A program made the position numbers and the translations under genes. A stretch of 64,000 bases of DNA, from positions 8,663 through 72,662 of the forward strand of contig JAHYJR010000001.1 in the NCBI GenBank assembly GCA_019429005.1. The letters are read 5' to 3'. How positions within the stretch are numbered: position 1 is the stretch's first letter; the number at the start of each line of letters is the position of its first letter. Below are positions 40,914 to 51,495 of the stretch, piece by piece. The notes beneath the pieces are model-generated. The model was not told where the DNA came from. It did not search any database and saw only the letters and a program-made list of their open reading frames with translations. The stretch is from Nanobdellati archaeon (GTDB lineage: Archaea; EX4484-52; GLR71).

Positions 40914-41264
40914 TCACTCTTGAAGACTTGATATTGCTTGAGCAAGATCACCTTCAAATTTATCTAAAGCCTCTTTTGCAACAGCTTCAGAAACATCTAC
41001 AGTATCCATAACAAGTTTTACATCTTCATCAGTAAATTTAGGACCACTTTCAATTTCTTCAGAACTTCTCTCAAAAGATTCACCAACAATCTGATAGGAT
41101 TCCTGACCCATAGCTTTTACTTTAGAAACTTGAGGATCTTGTATAACTATCTCAGTACCACCCTTCAATTTAATTATTACTTCAGAAGCATCAAGATCTT
41201 TCATCTGCATACCCATCTGTTGCATTGCTTTTTTCATCATTTTAGGATTCATGCCTGGTATCAT
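40914..41264 (-). CDS. nac: Nascent polypeptide-associated complex protein
   Basis: GMNPKMMKKAMQQMG...EDVKLV...GDLAQAI. Confidence 0.95.
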   Translation of the reverse strand: MIPGMNPKMMKKAMQQMGMQMKDLDASEVIIKLKGGTEIVIQDPQVSKVKAMGQESYQIVGESFERSSEEIESGPKFTDEDVKLVMDTVDVSEAVAKEALDKFEGDLAQAISSLQE

Positions 41265-41373
41265 ATTATCACATATATACTTTATCTATAAATTTTATAA
41301 AAGTTCTCTAATCCGAATGACTAACCTTTGTGGTTCCTTTAACATATCACAAAATTAACACGATTTTAAAACT

Positions 41374-42603
41374 ATGTCAGATTTAATTATATACATAATA
41401 TATTGTATAATAGGATGTCTCACAGGCTGCATCACCGGCCTAATACCAGGAATACACACAAACACGATTGCATCAATACTTCTAGGATTATATTATACAA
41501 ACAATTTTAATCCACTCACAACTTCAGCATTTATCGTTGGTGCTGCAGTATCACACACATTTCTAGATTTTATACCAGCCATTTTTCTTGGTGCCCCCGA
41601 TAGTAACACAGCACTAATTGTACTCCCTACACACAGAATGCTACTTAAAGGCCGAGGCTATGAAGCAATACTATTGAGTGTTACAGGCGGATTAATGGGT
41701 ATCTTGATATTAACCTTATCTGCATACATCTTATTTACCTATATACCTCAAATATATATCGCAATAAGACCCTACATACATCTGATTCTCATACTGATAA
41801 TGATTATAATAATACACATATCAACAAATAGAAAAGCAACATTATTCATATTTATCTTATCAGGAATTCTCGGACTTGTATCCCTAAACACAAACCTTAT
41901 CAACAAAAATTTTGTCCTTCTCCCTATGTTTAGTGGACTTTTCGGATTAAGCAACCTAATACTAAGTTTTAATGAAACCTCAAACATACCAAAACAAACT
42001 ACAAAAACATCTATTATTCTAAAAGATAATATTTATGGTGCTACTATTGGTGTTTTTGGTGGAACCATATCGGGTTTACTTCCAGGTCTTGGAACATCAC
42101 AATGCAGTATGATACTAAAAGAATTAGGATTTATTAAAAAAACAAAGATTTTCATAACAGTCCTTGGTTGTATCGGTACTATTGATATAATATTATCATT
42201 CATTTCAATATATTTGATTGGAAATGCGAGAAGTGGTAGTGCAATAATAATCGAAAATATTATGAATACACTGACCTTTGACACTTTAGTTCTTTTTTGT
42301 GGGCTTGCACTCATATCTGCAGGATTATCCGCAATAATAACAATGTATATTGGTCAACATGCAGCAAAACTTGTTGAAAATATAAACTACCAAAAAATGA
42401 CAGCATCAGTCATAATACTAATAATATTAATAACAATACTTTTCAGCAGACTATATGGTTTAATACTCCTAATAAGTTCAACAGCCTTAGGTATTGCAAC
42501 AAAAAAAATGAAAGTCAAAGTCAGTATACTTATGGGGTGTCTAATAATACCAACAATATTATATTTCTCTGGATACTTATACATAATACTCAAAATATTC
42601 TAA
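41374..42603 (+). CDS. TctA/DUF112-family permease
   Basis: TGLIPGIHTN, FIPAIFLGAP, LPTHRMLLKGRG, ARSG. Confidence 0.88.
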   Translation: MSDLIIYIIYCIIGCLTGCITGLIPGIHTNTIASILLGLYYTNNFNPLTTSAFIVGAAVSHTFLDFIPAIFLGAPDSNTALIVLPTHRMLLKGRGYEAILLSVTGGLMGILILTLSAYILFTYIPQIYIAIRPYIHLILILIMIIIIHISTNRKATLFIFILSGILGLVSLNTNLINKNFVLLPMFSGLFGLSNLILSFNETSNIPKQTTKTSIILKDNIYGATIGVFGGTISGLLPGLGTSQCSMILKELGFIKKTKIFITVLGCIGTIDIILSFISIYLIGNARSGSAIIIENIMNTLTFDTLVLFCGLALISAGLSAIITMYIGQHAAKLVENINYQKMTASVIILIILITILFSRLYGLILLISSTALGIATKKMKVKVSILMGCLIIPTILYFSGYLYIILKIF

Positions 42604-42632
42604 ATAACTATACTACAATTGGTGTTAATCAA

Positions 42633-43799
42633 ATGCTTCATTTAAAACATAGAATCCAAAAAAACCAAATTGGAAAATATGCTATAATTGTTTTGATTTT
42701 TGCGTCAGCGGGTGCATTTATATCACCTATATATTCTCTTTTTATAAAACGCTTCGTTATCCAGGATAATCTAGTTGGAGTACTTATAAGTTGTGCAACA
42801 ATCTTTGCTATATTTGCAAGTATCTTTTCAAGCAAACTTATCAAAAAATATGGTAAAATAAAGACATTGAAAACAACAACAATATCAGCATCACTACTTT
42901 ATCTATCACTAACATTAGTAAAAACCACCTTCAGTTTAACAATTATAGAAATATTAAGAACAACATCAATAACAATCGCAGCAATATGTTTAGGTCTTCT
43001 TATAAAAGACATAAGTAAAAAATCAGAACTTGATAAAGCTGAAGGACTTACTTATGCATTCAGCAATATTGGCTGGTTTATCGCACCAATTCTAGGGGGG
43101 TTTCTAGCAAACATCTACGGTTTTGATGTGTTGTTCATAATAGCAAGCATGCTTATGCTAGTAACTGTAGTGGGTATAGATTCAAATCAATTTAAAGAAC
43201 ACAACTACACACATACAGAGATAAATCTCAAAGAAGATATAATTGCATATTTCACACATAATTCAGAATTAAAACATATCTATATAGTTAGTTTAGGACT
43301 TTCAATGTTTTACATCACAACTGTTACATACTTACCCCTAATACTTTCAGAATCAAACATAACAACAACGCAAATTGGTTTTATAATGAGTCTATTAATA
43401 GTACCCCTTCTTTTATTTGAATATCCAGTTGGACTATTCGCAAAAAAGCAGGGGGATCAAAAATTAATAACGCGTGGTTTTTTAATAATTACAATATCAA
43501 CACTTGCGATGTATGTATCATATAATAACACAACAATATTTATTATGTCAATGCTACTAGGTTATATTGGTGCAGCTATGATAGAACCATTAAAAGACGC
43601 ATATTTCATCAAAAGAACACCAAAAGAGCACACAACATCATTTTGGGGTGTATACAAAACATCACATCAGATAGGTTCTATAATAGGACCACTTATTGCA
43701 TCTATTGCCATAACATTCATGACTCTAAATGGTATGTTCCTCATTTTCATCCCTCTATTCGGATATATAACATACATATCCTCAAAACTAAAGAATTAG
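42633..43799 (+). CDS. MFS transporter
   Basis: Many TMs; GWFIAPILGG, GSIIGPLIA. Confidence 0.85.
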   Translation: MLHLKHRIQKNQIGKYAIIVLIFASAGAFISPIYSLFIKRFVIQDNLVGVLISCATIFAIFASIFSSKLIKKYGKIKTLKTTTISASLLYLSLTLVKTTFSLTIIEILRTTSITIAAICLGLLIKDISKKSELDKAEGLTYAFSNIGWFIAPILGGFLANIYGFDVLFIIASMLMLVTVVGIDSNQFKEHNYTHTEINLKEDIIAYFTHNSELKHIYIVSLGLSMFYITTVTYLPLILSESNITTTQIGFIMSLLIVPLLLFEYPVGLFAKKQGDQKLITRGFLIITISTLAMYVSYNNTTIFIMSMLLGYIGAAMIEPLKDAYFIKRTPKEHTTSFWGVYKTSHQIGSIIGPLIASIAITFMTLNGMFLIFIPLFGYITYISSKLKN

Positions 43800-43811
43800 A
43801 AATAACCAAAG

Positions 43812-45062
43812 TTAAATCTTGATAAGACGAACCTTTAATATCTGCATCGTGTCAACAGCTTCTATAATTGCAGTAAAACCAAATTCAGGAATATCTATTT
43901 TCTCATTTAATATTGGTATCCGTCCAAGACGATGTAAAATAAATCCACCCAAAGTATCATATTTAGGATCAACAATATCAATACAGTTTATACCCAATTC
44001 AACTTCCAAATCTTCCATATATATGTCACCATCTACAATATATGTAGAACCCTTAAGTTTTCGTATTTTTTTAAGTTCGGTATCTGTTTCATCATAAATC
44101 TCACCCACAAGCTCTTCAAGTATATCTTCAAGAGTTACAATACCAGAAATACTTCCATACTCATCAACAACTAATGCAATATGAATTTGTTTTTTCTGAA
44201 ATAATTTCAACAAAACACCAATCTTTTTTGTTTCAGGTACAAATATTGGTTTATGTAACATTTTTTTAAGATTAAAATCAGACTTTTTCTTCCTCAAATA
44301 ATGAAGAAAATCGCGTACATACAATACACCTTTAATATTATCAATCGAATCTTCATAAACCGGTATTCTGGAATAATTAACAGTATCTATAAATTCTAAT
44401 AAAGCCCTCTTTGATGTATTAATATCAAGACCCACAACTTTCATACGTTGAATCATTATATCTTTAACAAGAAAGTCATCAAAATTAAGCACACGATGCA
44501 TAAACTCTTTTTCATCTTTTTTTATAGCACCTTGCTCAGCACTCATTGAAATAAATGATTTCAAATATTCCTCAGTAATCTTCTGTTTGTTTTCCATAGC
44601 ACCATTATTCACAAGAACCCCTGTTATCTTAAGTAACAACGCGCCTAAAGGATACATAAAAATTTCCAACAGAACAATTAACTTTGAAACGTGAAGAGAT
44701 ACATATTCTGAATGCTTAAGTGCATAAGATTTAGGAGATATTTCACAAAAGACTAAAATAATTAAAGTCATCACTCCTGTTGCAATACCAACACCAACTG
44801 AACCATATAAACTAATTGCTATTGATGTCGCAATAGCTGATGAGCCTATATTAACAAGATTATTTCCAACAAGAACTGTAACAAGAAAACGGTCCGGATT
44901 TTGCTTAAGTTTATATAAAGCCTTAGCCCCACGAACATTCGTACTTGCAAGAAATTGTGCTCGAATCTTACTAACTGACACAATTGCTGTTTCAACACCT
45001 GAAAAAAATGCAGATAATAATAAAAAAATAAACAGCAATACAAATGTAATTGCAAAACTCAT
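43812..45062 (-). CDS. Hemolysin/CNNM-family protein (DUF21-CBS-CorC)
   Basis: SAFFSGVETA, GNNLVN, EISPK, YSRIPVY, VVDEYG, EELVGEI. Confidence 0.93.
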   Translation of the reverse strand: MSFAITFVLLFIFLLLSAFFSGVETAIVSVSKIRAQFLASTNVRGAKALYKLKQNPDRFLVTVLVGNNLVNIGSSAIATSIAISLYGSVGVGIATGVMTLIILVFCEISPKSYALKHSEYVSLHVSKLIVLLEIFMYPLGALLLKITGVLVNNGAMENKQKITEEYLKSFISMSAEQGAIKKDEKEFMHRVLNFDDFLVKDIMIQRMKVVGLDINTSKRALLEFIDTVNYSRIPVYEDSIDNIKGVLYVRDFLHYLRKKKSDFNLKKMLHKPIFVPETKKIGVLLKLFQKKQIHIALVVDEYGSISGIVTLEDILEELVGEIYDETDTELKKIRKLKGSTYIVDGDIYMEDLEVELGINCIDIVDPKYDTLGGFILHRLGRIPILNEKIDIPEFGFTAIIEAVDTMQILKVRLIKI

Positions 45063-45091
45063 AACAAATCAAACTCAAATATACTTCGGTA

Positions 45092-46102
45092 TTAATGTTT
45101 ATAAAATTTATCCTTGTTTTCCATTACACCTAACAAAATTATTTTTTTTACAGCTGCAATACCAATATCTTTTTCAGCAGAAACCTCAAAAACAGGTATT
45201 TTTGATACAGATAGGTTTAATTCTTTCTTTAAATTAACTATAGATTCTTTTGAAGCCATATCTATTTTATTAATACAAATAATAAAAGGCAAATCAAACG
45301 TTTTATTAATCTCACGATAAAGCTTTAATTGTACATTTAGAGGATACCCGCAAGTTTCTGACACATCAAACACAAAAAGTATTTTATTAGCAAGATATTT
45401 CAATGCTAAAACAGATCTCATTTCAATATCATTACGTTTTTCCATAAGCCTATCAAGAAGTCCTGGCGTATCAATAATTTGTATAGTCTTTTCCAAATTT
45501 CCAATCCTAATTGATCTTGTTGTAAATGGATATTTCTGTATATCTGGATTTGCACCTGTAATAGCCTTAAGAATTGAAGATTTTCCAACATTAGGTAATC
45601 CTGCTATAACAATCGTTGGCATATCCCTTATATCTGGAAGCACTTTAAATTGTATCCTACACATTTCAATATATTCCATATCTCTACGAATTTGCTTCAA
45701 AACTGAAGCTAAACGACCATAAAACTGCGTTCTTAAACGCATTAAGTCTTGTGGTCTTGAACCTTTTATTTTTTTCTTATACTCTAACAAAAATTTCTCA
45801 AGAAATTCAAATGCCCATCTAATAGCAGCCATTGATTTTTTAAACTGATTCTTATCAACAATTAAAGAGATTAATTCATTATAAAATGGTGAAAGCATGT
45901 TTACCCTTGGAACCTTATCATGAATATTTTTAAGATATGTTACAACAACCATTGTAGATGTTTCTAACCGAATTAACTCTTTTAATCTCTTTTTCATGAC
46001 AGGGTCTTGTGCGCTAACATTATCTGCAGCCTGCTTAGCCCTACGAAAAGCTTTATTCAATATTACATTATAATTTTCAACTTTAGGTATTTTAGGGATC
46101 AT
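45092..46102 (-). CDS. NOG1-family GTPase
   Basis: GLPNVGKSS, YPFTT, DTPGLLDR, NKID. Confidence 0.92.
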   Translation of the reverse strand: MIPKIPKVENYNVILNKAFRRAKQAADNVSAQDPVMKKRLKELIRLETSTMVVVTYLKNIHDKVPRVNMLSPFYNELISLIVDKNQFKKSMAAIRWAFEFLEKFLLEYKKKIKGSRPQDLMRLRTQFYGRLASVLKQIRRDMEYIEMCRIQFKVLPDIRDMPTIVIAGLPNVGKSSILKAITGANPDIQKYPFTTRSIRIGNLEKTIQIIDTPGLLDRLMEKRNDIEMRSVLALKYLANKILFVFDVSETCGYPLNVQLKLYREINKTFDLPFIICINKIDMASKESIVNLKKELNLSVSKIPVFEVSAEKDIGIAAVKKIILLGVMENKDKFYKH

Positions 46103-46140
46103 AGACTCAACTTACACAGTTAATTTTAAAAGAGGATTTA

Positions 46141-46776
46141 TTATTTTTTATGGTTATACACATAATTTAAATTATTTTTAGAAACATAATCATTTGATAC
46201 AAAAGACTTTAAAGAACTATCTGATACAATTTCATCAATACGACTTGGTATCCTTTGAAGATATTTATCTTGAAGATTAATGTAAGTATCCTGCACTCTT
46301 TCCAAAATGGGTTTAATTGTATCTTTTCCAGAAAGATCTTCAATACGATTTTGAATATTTTGCTTCATCAAATAAATATGTTTTATAAAATCATTATCTG
46401 ACACGAGATTACAAGATGACTCGGGGTTTTCAATTACCATATTCAAATTAGCATTTAAAACTGAAATATCATTTACATCAACACATTTTTTATCCGAAAC
46501 AACAACATGACTTTTATGACTTGATAAAAAAACATCATCAAGACCCTGCAAATCAGCATCTGTTAAAACAATTGTGTTTTTAGAACCAATATCACCTAAA
46601 TCATCACAAACATTAGATATCTGTTCAAATTCATTCAAAAGTTCTTCTAATGTTCTTTCTTTATCAACCCTTCTTGAATTTTGACTAAATTTTTCAGAAA
46701 TAACTCCAAGAGAGAAAAAAACCGTAACAATTGACAATAAAGATATCAATAAAATAACACTAACCATAAATACCAC
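46141..46776 (-). CDS. Hypothetical membrane-anchored protein
   Basis: N-terminal TM, helical body. Confidence 0.6.
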   Translation of the reverse strand: MVFMVSVILLISLLSIVTVFFSLGVISEKFSQNSRRVDKERTLEELLNEFEQISNVCDDLGDIGSKNTIVLTDADLQGLDDVFLSSHKSHVVVSDKKCVDVNDISVLNANLNMVIENPESSCNLVSDNDFIKHIYLMKQNIQNRIEDLSGKDTIKPILERVQDTYINLQDKYLQRIPSRIDEIVSDSSLKSFVSNDYVSKNNLNYVYNHKK

Positions 46777-46778
46777 AA

Positions 46779-47273
46779 TTATTCATTTTTTGTATTATCA
46801 ATTAAAAGTGCATGCTTTTTAAAATCGATAAACATTTTTTTAAGATTCTCAAGTTCTTCATCATGCCCAATAGTTATTACTTGATCCTGTGTATTATTAA
46901 ACTTTAAATCAAACTCGGATATTTTAACTGTTAACGAATCTAATACAACCTTATGTTGTGCAACAACATCATCCAAAACATCAAGCTTCCCTAAATCAGA
47001 ATTTGTAACTTTAGCCATACTATCTATACTATTTTTAAATAAACCCAATTCTTTATGCATTGAATTAACTTCAATCTGAAGCTCACGTATATCTGATTGA
47101 ACTTTATTTATAATATCAATAAGTACAGTATTTCGTGCCGCAATAGTCTTGTCTTCAACAGCAATTGTCTCAAGATTATTAAGCCGCTCATCAATATTTG
47201 TAAATTCTTGCTTATGCTCCAACTTATCCTTTAAATGTTTTATATGTTTATCAATATATTCCATAACAATCAT
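46779..47273 (-). CDS. Hypothetical coiled-coil protein
   Basis: Heptad-rich ORF co-oriented with neighbours. Confidence 0.65.
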   Translation of the reverse strand: MIVMEYIDKHIKHLKDKLEHKQEFTNIDERLNNLETIAVEDKTIAARNTVLIDIINKVQSDIRELQIEVNSMHKELGLFKNSIDSMAKVTNSDLGKLDVLDDVVAQHKVVLDSLTVKISEFDLKFNNTQDQVITIGHDEELENLKKMFIDFKKHALLIDNTKNE

Positions 47274-47363
47274 CCTAAAAACAAGTTATAATTATTTGTA
47301 TACTCAACTACATAAAGATTATATAATCCCTAACTATTATCACACCATAACAACCCTAATTAA

Positions 47364-49100
47364 TCAACTATCAAAATAACATTTGGCCGTATCTAATTTT
47401 TTAAGATGCCTCGATTTTATATTTTTTGCTTGATTAAAAAGACCCTCTTTTGAAGCAAATATTTCATCAATATGTTCATTTACTTTTTCTTTACCAAGGA
47501 ATTTAGGAATTATAACATAATCTGCACCCAACTCATACAATTTAAGTGAATCCTCAATTGTTATTGCCGTAAGAAAAACAACCGTTTCTTTAGATTTGGA
47601 TTTAACTGCAACCAAAATAAATTTATTGTCTTCAAAATATGGTGTTGTTGAAACTACAAATTTTGCAGAATCAAAATTAAGTTTTTCAATAACTTCTTTA
47701 TTCCGAACATCGCCATATAAAACATACATTTTGTGGTTTTTAAGAGTTTCATGATTTTCTTTTGAAAGATGTTGTACTATCTCAGGATTATAATCTAGAA
47801 CAATTATGTCCTTACCCAAACTCTTAAGTTTCTCAAGTATACCGCTACCAAATAAATGACAACCAATAAGTACTGTATGTCCTGAAATGTCTTTAGACTC
47901 TACGATGTCATTTGTTTTGATTTTAAAAAAATTATCAAAATAATCTGAAATCCCTATCTTTGATAATAAATCAAAAAGAAAATTTCCATAACGTATCATA
48001 TATGCACTTACAGAAATTGTGACAATTGCAACTATTGCTGTTATTGAAAAAAGTGTACTAGGTATAAGTCCTTGAACAACAGCAATCCCTGCAAGAATTA
48101 ATGAAAACTCACTAATCTGGCTCAAACTTACAGAAGTTATAAAAGCAGTCCTGAAACTATATCCAAATTTCATTGCAATTATAAAAATAATCAACGGTTT
48201 TACTATAAGTATAAACAATATAAGAGCTACAATTGGCCAAAACAAACCCATAATACCAGATGGCACAATTTGCATCCCAAGAGATACAAAGAAAAGTACA
48301 GCAAAGAAATCTCTCAAAGAAGACATTTTGCTTATAATCTCAAGGTCATAAGGGTATGCTGCAAGACTTAAACCACCAATAAATGCACCAATTGCCATTG
48401 GAAAACCAATCATCTCTGAAAGACCTATAAAAAAGAAACATGAAGATAATGCTGTTAAAAACAAAAGTTCTGTTGATTTATTTGCATAAGAAAATACTTT
48501 TGGAAAAATATGAAATTTAAAAAACAATGCAAGAAGAAGAAGTCCAAACCCATAAATAAAAGTATAAACAAATTGAAAAGAATTTGTTGAATTAAACCCT
48601 AATATTAAAGATGTGCCCAATATTGCAAAAATATCCTGAATCAATAATATACCTATCATTATTCGACTTTCAAGAGTTTCAAGCAACCTCATATCACTTA
48701 GAAGTTTAACTACAACCATTGTACTACTTAAAGACAGAATCATACCCAAAACAATAGATTCAATAATTGTAAACCCTATAAACTGTGAAAAGAAATAAGC
48801 AATAACAAAAGTTAAAATTACCTGAAGGGACCCACCATAAATCACAAAAGAACCTACATTCTTAAGTTTTTTAATATCAATTTCCATACCTACAATAAAA
48901 AGAAGAAATATAACACCCAGTTCACTCAAAACGGAAATAATATCCCCACTAGTTATAATCCCAAGACCTATTGGTCCAAGAAAAACTCCAGCAAGCATAT
49001 ATACAGGTATTGAAGGTTGTTTTAAAAAACGTGCAATAAAAGCAAAAAAAGTTGCAAAAATTATTATAACACCAATATCAAAAAGTAAAGCTCCTGCCAT
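47364..49100 (-). CDS. CPA2/Kef-type cation:proton antiporter with TrkA-N domain
   Basis: LSSTMVV, ILLIQD, LRDFF..LFF, SQISEFS, GADYVI. Confidence 0.92.
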   Translation of the reverse strand: MAGALLFDIGVIIIFATFFAFIARFLKQPSIPVYMLAGVFLGPIGLGIITSGDIISVLSELGVIFLLFIVGMEIDIKKLKNVGSFVIYGGSLQVILTFVIAYFFSQFIGFTIIESIVLGMILSLSSTMVVVKLLSDMRLLETLESRIMIGILLIQDIFAILGTSLILGFNSTNSFQFVYTFIYGFGLLLLALFFKFHIFPKVFSYANKSTELLFLTALSSCFFFIGLSEMIGFPMAIGAFIGGLSLAAYPYDLEIISKMSSLRDFFAVLFFVSLGMQIVPSGIMGLFWPIVALILFILIVKPLIIFIIAMKFGYSFRTAFITSVSLSQISEFSLILAGIAVVQGLIPSTLFSITAIVAIVTISVSAYMIRYGNFLFDLLSKIGISDYFDNFFKIKTNDIVESKDISGHTVLIGCHLFGSGILEKLKSLGKDIIVLDYNPEIVQHLSKENHETLKNHKMYVLYGDVRNKEVIEKLNFDSAKFVVSTTPYFEDNKFILVAVKSKSKETVVFLTAITIEDSLKLYELGADYVIIPKFLGKEKVNEHIDEIFASKEGLFNQAKNIKSRHLKKLDTAKCYFDS

Positions 49101-49204
49101 AATAACACATCAAAAATTAAAAATACAAATATACTATTTAACTATACTTTTTATTTAACTAAATTAATTTTGTGAGATTCTATTTATATCAATTTCTGTA
49201 AATT

Positions 49205-49320
49205 TTAAAAAAGATAAAGAGGTGAGAATATACACTTTTTTGATCATATGCATAAACATCACAAAAAAGTGCTTTGGTGGTTGAATGCCCAACTATTTTG
49301 GTGGTTAAAAAATAGTGTAA
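49205..49320 (-). ncRNA. Candidate sRNA with anti-Shine-Dalgarno motifs
   Basis: Upstream BRE/TATA, two stems, AACCACCAAA x2, CTCACCTC, T-rich end. Confidence 0.4.
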
Positions 49321-49338
49321 TAAATATATTGTTTATTC

Positions 49339-49358
49339 TATTTATAATGTTTTCGGTT
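49339..49358 (-). promoter_or_regulatory. Archaeal BRE+TATA promoter (AACCGAAAACATTATAAATA)
   Basis: Near-consensus BRE followed by TTATAAATA. Confidence 0.6.
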
Positions 49359-49549
49359 TTATCAACAGTAAACTATTTAAACACCAACCACTCAAATTGA
49401 AAATCAATATACCAAAACAAAATCAATTAAATAAAAATTAAAATAATAACACATAAAAATTCATAAAATTATAAAATTTATAATATAAATAAAAAGAAAC
49501 ATAATCATTCTTTTAGTATTAAAAAAATATGTAATTTATAATCAATTAG

Positions 49550-51472
49550 GTGTATACTTTGCTTGAAATAAAATATAGAGATGCTGCTGGAAGGGTCTGT
49601 GATTGGACTTTTGATAAATACAAAATAACAACACCAAATATAGCAATAGTTATAAACCCAAACAAAATGATAATACCTGCAAAAGAACTTAAAGAAAAAT
49701 TCGGTGTTGAAATTATAATAACAAATGCATATATCATAAAAAAATCTAAACATGCTAACGAAATTGAAAAAATGGGTATACATAAATTCTTAGACTGGGA
49801 TGGTCCAATATACACAGATAGTGGAACATTTCAAATGTATTCAAAGGGCAAAGTTGATATCACACCAGATGAAACAATAGAATATCAAAAAAAAATAGGG
49901 TCTAATATAATAACACCTCTGGATTTATTTACACTTCCTGAAGACAAAGAAGATATAGTCAAATCAAAACTTACTGAAACAATAGAGCGAATGAAAATTG
50001 CAAAAACCAAAATAACAGATAGTCTTTTTGTAGGACCAATCCAGGGTGGAGCCTATATGGATTTGCGAATCCTAGCAGCCCAAGAAACAAACAAAATAAA
50101 ACCGGACATATTTGCAATTGGTGGAATTGTACCACTGATGGAACAATATAGATACCGCGACCTTGTAAACACAATAATTAATGTAAGAGAAAACCTATCG
50201 CTTGACAGACCATTACATGCTTTTGGTGCGGGACATCCAATGATGTTTTCACTTCTTGCAGCGATTGGTATTGATCTTTTTGATTCTGCTGCATATGCTC
50301 TATATGCCAAAGGCGGAAGATATATGATGCCAGACGGTACTCGTAAATTAGCAGAAATGGAAGAACTCCCTTGCACATGTCCAATCTGTGCAACTACAAA
50401 ACTTAAAGATTTCACATTAGGAGATCTTACAAGACATAACCTTTATGTAACAATGGCTGAAATACGCGCAATCAGACAAGCTATGTTTGAAGGTCGACTT
50501 TTGGAATTTGCAGAACAGAGAGCAAGATCACACCCACATCTTCTCGATGGCTTTAAAGAAGCACTTAAATATAAAGAATATCTTGAAAAATTTGAACCTA
50601 TAACTAAAAAAAGCGCATTCTTTGTGACGGGTCCAGAAAGCCTAGAAAAACCATCCGTATACAGATACAAAAAACGTATCAAAGAACGTTATGTTGCACC
50701 TAAACGAAAAAATGGTATAATTATAAACACATTCAAAAAAAATATAATATCTACAACAGATACACATTTTGTACTTATTAAATCGCCATTTGGTGTTGTT
50801 CCCGCAGAACTGACAAATCTTTATCCAGCAGGCCAAACAGTTGCACTTAAAAATAATTATAAGATTATAGAAACTGCAAATAAAGAAAGTATCAAAGATT
50901 ATGTGAAATCAAATAAAGAGTCTTATTCAAAAATGACTATTATTGATAACAAATACGAAGAAGCTTGGAAAAAAGATGCGAAAGATGAAGAAAAAGATCA
51001 TTTTCTCGAAATACGAAGTGTTCTTATGTTCCAATATGGAAAGAAAGCAATAAATATATTCAAAAACATGGATCTCGAACACGAAATATCTCTTGAAATT
51101 TCAAAAAAAACAAAACGAATCAGACGCGTATTAAATAAAGATAAACTCCTTGGAACACTCAGAGCAAGCGATGGACTTTTTATTCCATCCATTTATTGTG
51201 CAGAATTAATCAAAAACTGTCTTGATTATCCAGATTATAGAGTTGTCATAACAGACGATGCCGTACCTTTTGTTAGAGATGGAAAAAGCGTTTTCTCAAA
51301 ATTTGTAAAAGCAGCAGATAAAAACATACGACCTTATGACGAAGTTTTTATTGTAGACTCCAAAGATAATCTAATTGCGACAGGAAAAACTCTGTTGAAC
51401 GGACAAGAACTACTTGATTTCAATCATGGACTTGGAGTAAAAACTAGAGAAAGTATTAAAGAACAAAAATAG
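49550..51472 (+). CDS. tgtA: Archaeosine tRNA-guanine(15) transglycosylase with PUA domain
   Basis: TDSGTFQ, QGG, HAFGAGHP, DLFDSAAY, CTCPIC, C-terminal PUA. Confidence 0.95.
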   Translation: MYTLLEIKYRDAAGRVCDWTFDKYKITTPNIAIVINPNKMIIPAKELKEKFGVEIIITNAYIIKKSKHANEIEKMGIHKFLDWDGPIYTDSGTFQMYSKGKVDITPDETIEYQKKIGSNIITPLDLFTLPEDKEDIVKSKLTETIERMKIAKTKITDSLFVGPIQGGAYMDLRILAAQETNKIKPDIFAIGGIVPLMEQYRYRDLVNTIINVRENLSLDRPLHAFGAGHPMMFSLLAAIGIDLFDSAAYALYAKGGRYMMPDGTRKLAEMEELPCTCPICATTKLKDFTLGDLTRHNLYVTMAEIRAIRQAMFEGRLLEFAEQRARSHPHLLDGFKEALKYKEYLEKFEPITKKSAFFVTGPESLEKPSVYRYKKRIKERYVAPKRKNGIIINTFKKNIISTTDTHFVLIKSPFGVVPAELTNLYPAGQTVALKNNYKIIETANKESIKDYVKSNKESYSKMTIIDNKYEEAWKKDAKDEEKDHFLEIRSVLMFQYGKKAINIFKNMDLEHEISLEISKKTKRIRRVLNKDKLLGTLRASDGLFIPSIYCAELIKNCLDYPDYRVVITDDAVPFVRDGKSVFSKFVKAADKNIRPYDEVFIVDSKDNLIATGKTLLNGQELLDFNHGLGVKTRESIKEQK

Positions 51473-51495
51473 ATATAAACAAAATATAAAAATAA

